Shown one piece after another: positions 60,718 through 64,000 of a stretch of DNA of 64,000 nt (positions are counted from its first letter, which is position 1; each line of letters opens with the position of its first letter). Under the pieces are notes generated by a model. That model saw nothing but the letters and a program-made list of their open reading frames with translations. It searched no databases and had not been told where the DNA came from. Source of the stretch: Promethearchaeota archaeon Loki_b32. GTDB lineage: Archaea > Asgardarchaeota > Lokiarchaeia > Sigyniarchaeales > SOKP01. The stretch lies in assembly GCA_005223125.1 (NCBI GenBank), contig NJBH01000004.1, positions 64,001 through 128,000 of the forward strand. Direction: 5' to 3'. The position numbers and the translations under genes were made by a program.

Positions 60718-62181
60718 TTGAAAGTATCGTTAATTTTTCCAAGACCCCCAGAAAAAGGAACTTTTTGTGGTACAGTTAAAGGAGCTGAGCAGTACTACAA
60801 AGATAAGATAGAATTTTACGGATTTCCGCCAATGGGAATTCTTTACCTTGCTACATACTTAAGCAAAAAAAATTTTAATGTTTCGATTCTTGATCAATTT
60901 GCTAGAGGATATTCGATTGAGAGAACGCTAGAGTGGATAAAACGTGAAGATCCAGATATTTTAGGATTTTCAACGATAACTACTGCTGGAACAGGTATAA
61001 TTTCTGCTGAAATTAGCAAAAGAGTAAAAGAAGAAATAAATCCGAATGTAAAAGTTCTGTTTGGGAATTATCATGCCACATTCAATGATACTAGAATTTT
61101 AAATAAATATCCATTCATTGATGCTTGTATAAGAGGAGAAGGGGAACAAACTCTTTTAGAAATTGCTGAAAAAACTGAGAAGGGTCAAGGTTTTGAAGAT
61201 ATTAGAGGAGTTACGTATAGAGACAATAATAGATTTGTGAGGAACGATGATAGACCTCTTATAGAAAATATTGACACACTTCCATTTCCAGACAGGAGAT
61301 TGTTGGGAAATATTGAATATAAAAATGAGGTTGAAGGTCTTGAATTATCTATTGGAAAATTCACTTCTGCTGCTTCATCAAGAGGATGTGCATTTCAATG
61401 TTCATTCTGCTCAAGTTCGATGTTTTGGGGTAAATGGCGTCCGAGAACTCCAGAAAATATAATACAAGAATTATCTTATCTTGAAGAACAAGGCTTTCAA
61501 AACTTACTTTGGGTAGATGATAACTTTACTATAAGCAAAAAAAGGTTGCTGAAGTTATCAAGTTTAATAAAGAAAGAAAAGATGGATTTTAATTGGATGG
61601 CTGAAGGCAGAGTTACCCAGAGTTCAATAGAATTATTGAATGCTATGAAACAGATGGGATGTAAAATCCTAAGTTTTGGTGTAGAAAGCGGATCTCAGAG
61701 GATGTTAGACTGGTATAATAAGAAAATTAATTTAAATCAAATCTATGATGCAATAAAAAATTCCAATAAAGTTGGAATAGATATGATCTTAGCCAATTTT
61801 ATTGTGGGTTCCCCTGTTGAAACTCGAGAAGAAATTATTAAAACTCTAAATCTTTCTCTGAAATTAGATATTGATTTTCCACAATTTCATGTTTTAGGCA
61901 TAATTCCAGGAAATTGGATTTGGGACCAGATGGTAAAAGAAAAAAGAATTAATCCAGATGTATGTTGGGAAGTTGGTACCGCGGTTCTTCCGATTTCATT
62001 GAGTGAAATAATGGAAAGAATAAAAGAAACTCATAGAAAGTTCATGCAACGTCCTAGCTACATATCCAGGCAAATTGTTAAGACTTTTAAAAGCAGATAT
62101 AGGCAAAAAGCAATCTGGCAAAACTTTAAAAACGTTAAAAATTGGGATTTATGGAATAATTGGAAACCATTCTGGGGTTAA
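60718..62181 (+). CDS. B12-binding radical SAM protein
   Basis: PPMGILYLA, GNYHAT, GEGE, SSRGCAFQCSFC, GVESG. Confidence 0.92.
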   Translation: MKVSLIFPRPPEKGTFCGTVKGAEQYYKDKIEFYGFPPMGILYLATYLSKKNFNVSILDQFARGYSIERTLEWIKREDPDILGFSTITTAGTGIISAEISKRVKEEINPNVKVLFGNYHATFNDTRILNKYPFIDACIRGEGEQTLLEIAEKTEKGQGFEDIRGVTYRDNNRFVRNDDRPLIENIDTLPFPDRRLLGNIEYKNEVEGLELSIGKFTSAASSRGCAFQCSFCSSSMFWGKWRPRTPENIIQELSYLEEQGFQNLLWVDDNFTISKKRLLKLSSLIKKEKMDFNWMAEGRVTQSSIELLNAMKQMGCKILSFGVESGSQRMLDWYNKKINLNQIYDAIKNSNKVGIDMILANFIVGSPVETREEIIKTLNLSLKLDIDFPQFHVLGIIPGNWIWDQMVKEKRINPDVCWEVGTAVLPISLSEIMERIKETHRKFMQRPSYISRQIVKTFKSRYRQKAIWQNFKNVKNWDLWNNWKPFWG

Positions 62182-63158
62182 AATCCAGGGAAAAATAAAA
62201 ATCTTTGAAAAATTACTCTTACACATTATCTGGGTTCCAGAAGGATTTTACTCCATGGAAATCCTTGAAATTCTTTATATTGTGGGTAAGCATATTAATT
62301 AGTGAAGAGAATTTGTAGAAAATATAAAAAAGAAGCGAAAAGATTAGGGTGGACAGTGGATTATCTAAAAGCCCATATCAGAAAAGAAGAAAGGGTTAAG
62401 GAAGTATTTGAGAAACTAAATAAGAAGGAAAAATTCAAGAAGCTCTAATTCATTAAAAGAACAAAATTGTTCTCTTACTGACTATACTAAAATTTGTCGG
62501 AGTCTTGACATTTAAATCTCTATAAATCAATTTCTTTCCATGTGAGTAAATATTCATCTTATTATGATTGGGAATTACGATTCCGAAAGGCAAAAAAAAG
62601 ACATATGCGGGATAGAAAGAACCCTTTAGGATTATATCACCACCAATTTGAAGCATTCCTTAAAGAGTGGAAGAAAAAGAATTTTCCAACTAAAGAAAAG
62701 AAGGAAAATGGAAAATAATATCTTCCAAATACTCCAATATTTCTTTTGGAGTAAAATATTATAATAAAATTATCCATAAATTATGGGTATGACAAAATAG
62801 TATTTTAAGAGTCTGATCTCATTTATATTGAACCTTGAAATCATACTCTTTATGACAGAAACCCATAATTATTCAGCTTTTCAAGGAAAATCAGGGCTGA
62901 TTATAAATTCTAATACTTCCCAATGGATTTCTGCTTGCTGGCTCGGAGTACAACTTCAATTTTAATATCTTTTTACATATCTTCAATACAATATTTACAC
63001 ATACATTTTCCTTCGATAACTTTTAATTTATTTTTTCGAGTTCTTTCTCCACATAAACTAACATCTATGTAAAGGTAGAATTATTTAAACCGTGTAGATT
63101 CAGTTATGTTTTAACCTGTGTTAATTAAATTAGCATATTGAATATCGTCAATGAAAAG

Positions 63159-63503
63159 TCAAAACGTTCTTCCATTCCAACCCCACATTGATCCGTTTGC
63201 GTTGGCAAACTCGATGTAGATTCTTTCTTTATTGACTCCGAATTCTTCTTCTGCAAAATCACATAATGATTTAGAAAGATCAGCTGTTTTTGATTCTGCA
63301 AGTCCAATACTCTTAAGTTCCATGAATATTATCGGTTCACCTACTCCTGCAAAAACCATCTTTATTGATGGCTCAAGTGCGACCATCACATAACTTTCAG
63401 GTTTACCTAATCCCGTTGCAACAAGTTTTGAAGCTTTCTCTACTATTTCTAGTTTCTTTCCATCTTCTACATCTTGATTTGTTTGTATTTTTAGATATGG
63501 CAT
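63159..63503 (-). CDS. MIF / phenylpyruvate tautomerase family
   Basis: MPYLKIQTN (catalytic Pro1), LGKPESYVMV, KSIG, WGWNGRTF; start set at the second Met. Confidence 0.92.
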   Translation of the reverse strand: MPYLKIQTNQDVEDGKKLEIVEKASKLVATGLGKPESYVMVALEPSIKMVFAGVGEPIIFMELKSIGLAESKTADLSKSLCDFAEEEFGVNKERIYIEFANANGSMWGWNGRTF

Positions 63504-64000
63504 AAACATTCCTCCTGATAATAATCATTATTAGAATCCGAAAGAGGGAATAGCAAAATCATTCATTGCGCTAAGACTTTTTGAGACCAAATAGTTATTG
63601 TCGGGATTGGCTTTGGAAAATCGATGTAAGAAAAAGAAACTTACTACGGGGATAAAGGTTCCAAGATATATGGAAATAGTTAGTAATAAAGAGAATAAAA
63701 TTGCATTTCTAAAATTAGTTGTTTCTGACATGTTTAGATATAGGAAATTTATTATTAAAAAGTTAAGTATCTTTAGTTTTTTAGTAATTCCCAAAACAAA
63801 GGTTTTAAATTAAAAAAAAATGAGTTAGGTTTCATTAATTTTTCAGCCTATTTCTTTATTTCTTATTATCCATAATCAAACTCAGTTTCGAATTGTATTC
63901 CAAACTCTACTTCTAAAAATGGGACTATCTCTTTATAGTGTTTTTGGGTAATATAAGTATAATCTTTCCCTAAACTTAATTTAGAGTTAAAACTTAACCC

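Noticed and set aside
62075-63120. Short ORFs and coding-like fragments after the second radical SAM gene
   Set aside because: Multiple stops in all frames and no recognisable family; probably degraded remnants.
4296-63813. Many short ORFs antisense to or nested in larger genes (e.g. 5669, 11310, 24644, 47011, 58952, 63125) and the mutually antisense pair 63531/63598
   Set aside because: Shadow ORFs of well-supported genes, or lacking any motif or RBS support.
1-64000. rRNA, tRNA or CRISPR arrays
   Set aside because: None recognised by eye; a tRNAscan-SE/Infernal run would be needed to exclude split or intron-containing tRNAs.

Overview
AT-rich archaeal DNA, most likely a Lokiarchaeia/Asgard genome. 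This is inferred from a Loki-CTERM-like tail, several small GTPases with longin/roadblock-like domains, a JAB-E1-E2-ubiquitin cluster, a eukaryote-type SECIS and uL16/L10e. Bases 1-15 kb hold a heterodisulfide-reductase/MvhD/FrhB redox cluster interrupted by a small toxin-antitoxin island. The main finding is hidden from the ORF track. The hdrA gene at 12970-15008 (minus strand) has four in-frame UGA codons, each at a conserved Cys position. It also has two short insertions (30 nt at 14904-14933 and 35 nt at 14591-14625) that fold into bulge-helix-bulge (BHB)-like motifs. Cutting at the canonical tRNA-endonuclease positions restores the conserved motifs C-x-U-G-I-N-I and E-H-C-S-W and repairs a frameshift. 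These look like tRNA-type introns inside a selenoprotein mRNA. The next gene, mvhD, has two more UGA/Sec codons, and its own UGA stop forms the AUGA core of a eukaryote-like SECIS, the only one found that could serve all six codons. The rest of the window contains a eukaryote-signature neighbourhood (Rag-like, MglA-like and longin GTPases, arrestin-like and PCI-like proteins, JAB/E1/E2/Ubl), rpl10e with an apparent ATC start, a glycan/lipid-modification cluster, a corrinoid methyltransferase pair, a solo TnpB and MIF. All calls come from reading the sequence and recognising motifs by eye; no searches or folding programs were run.
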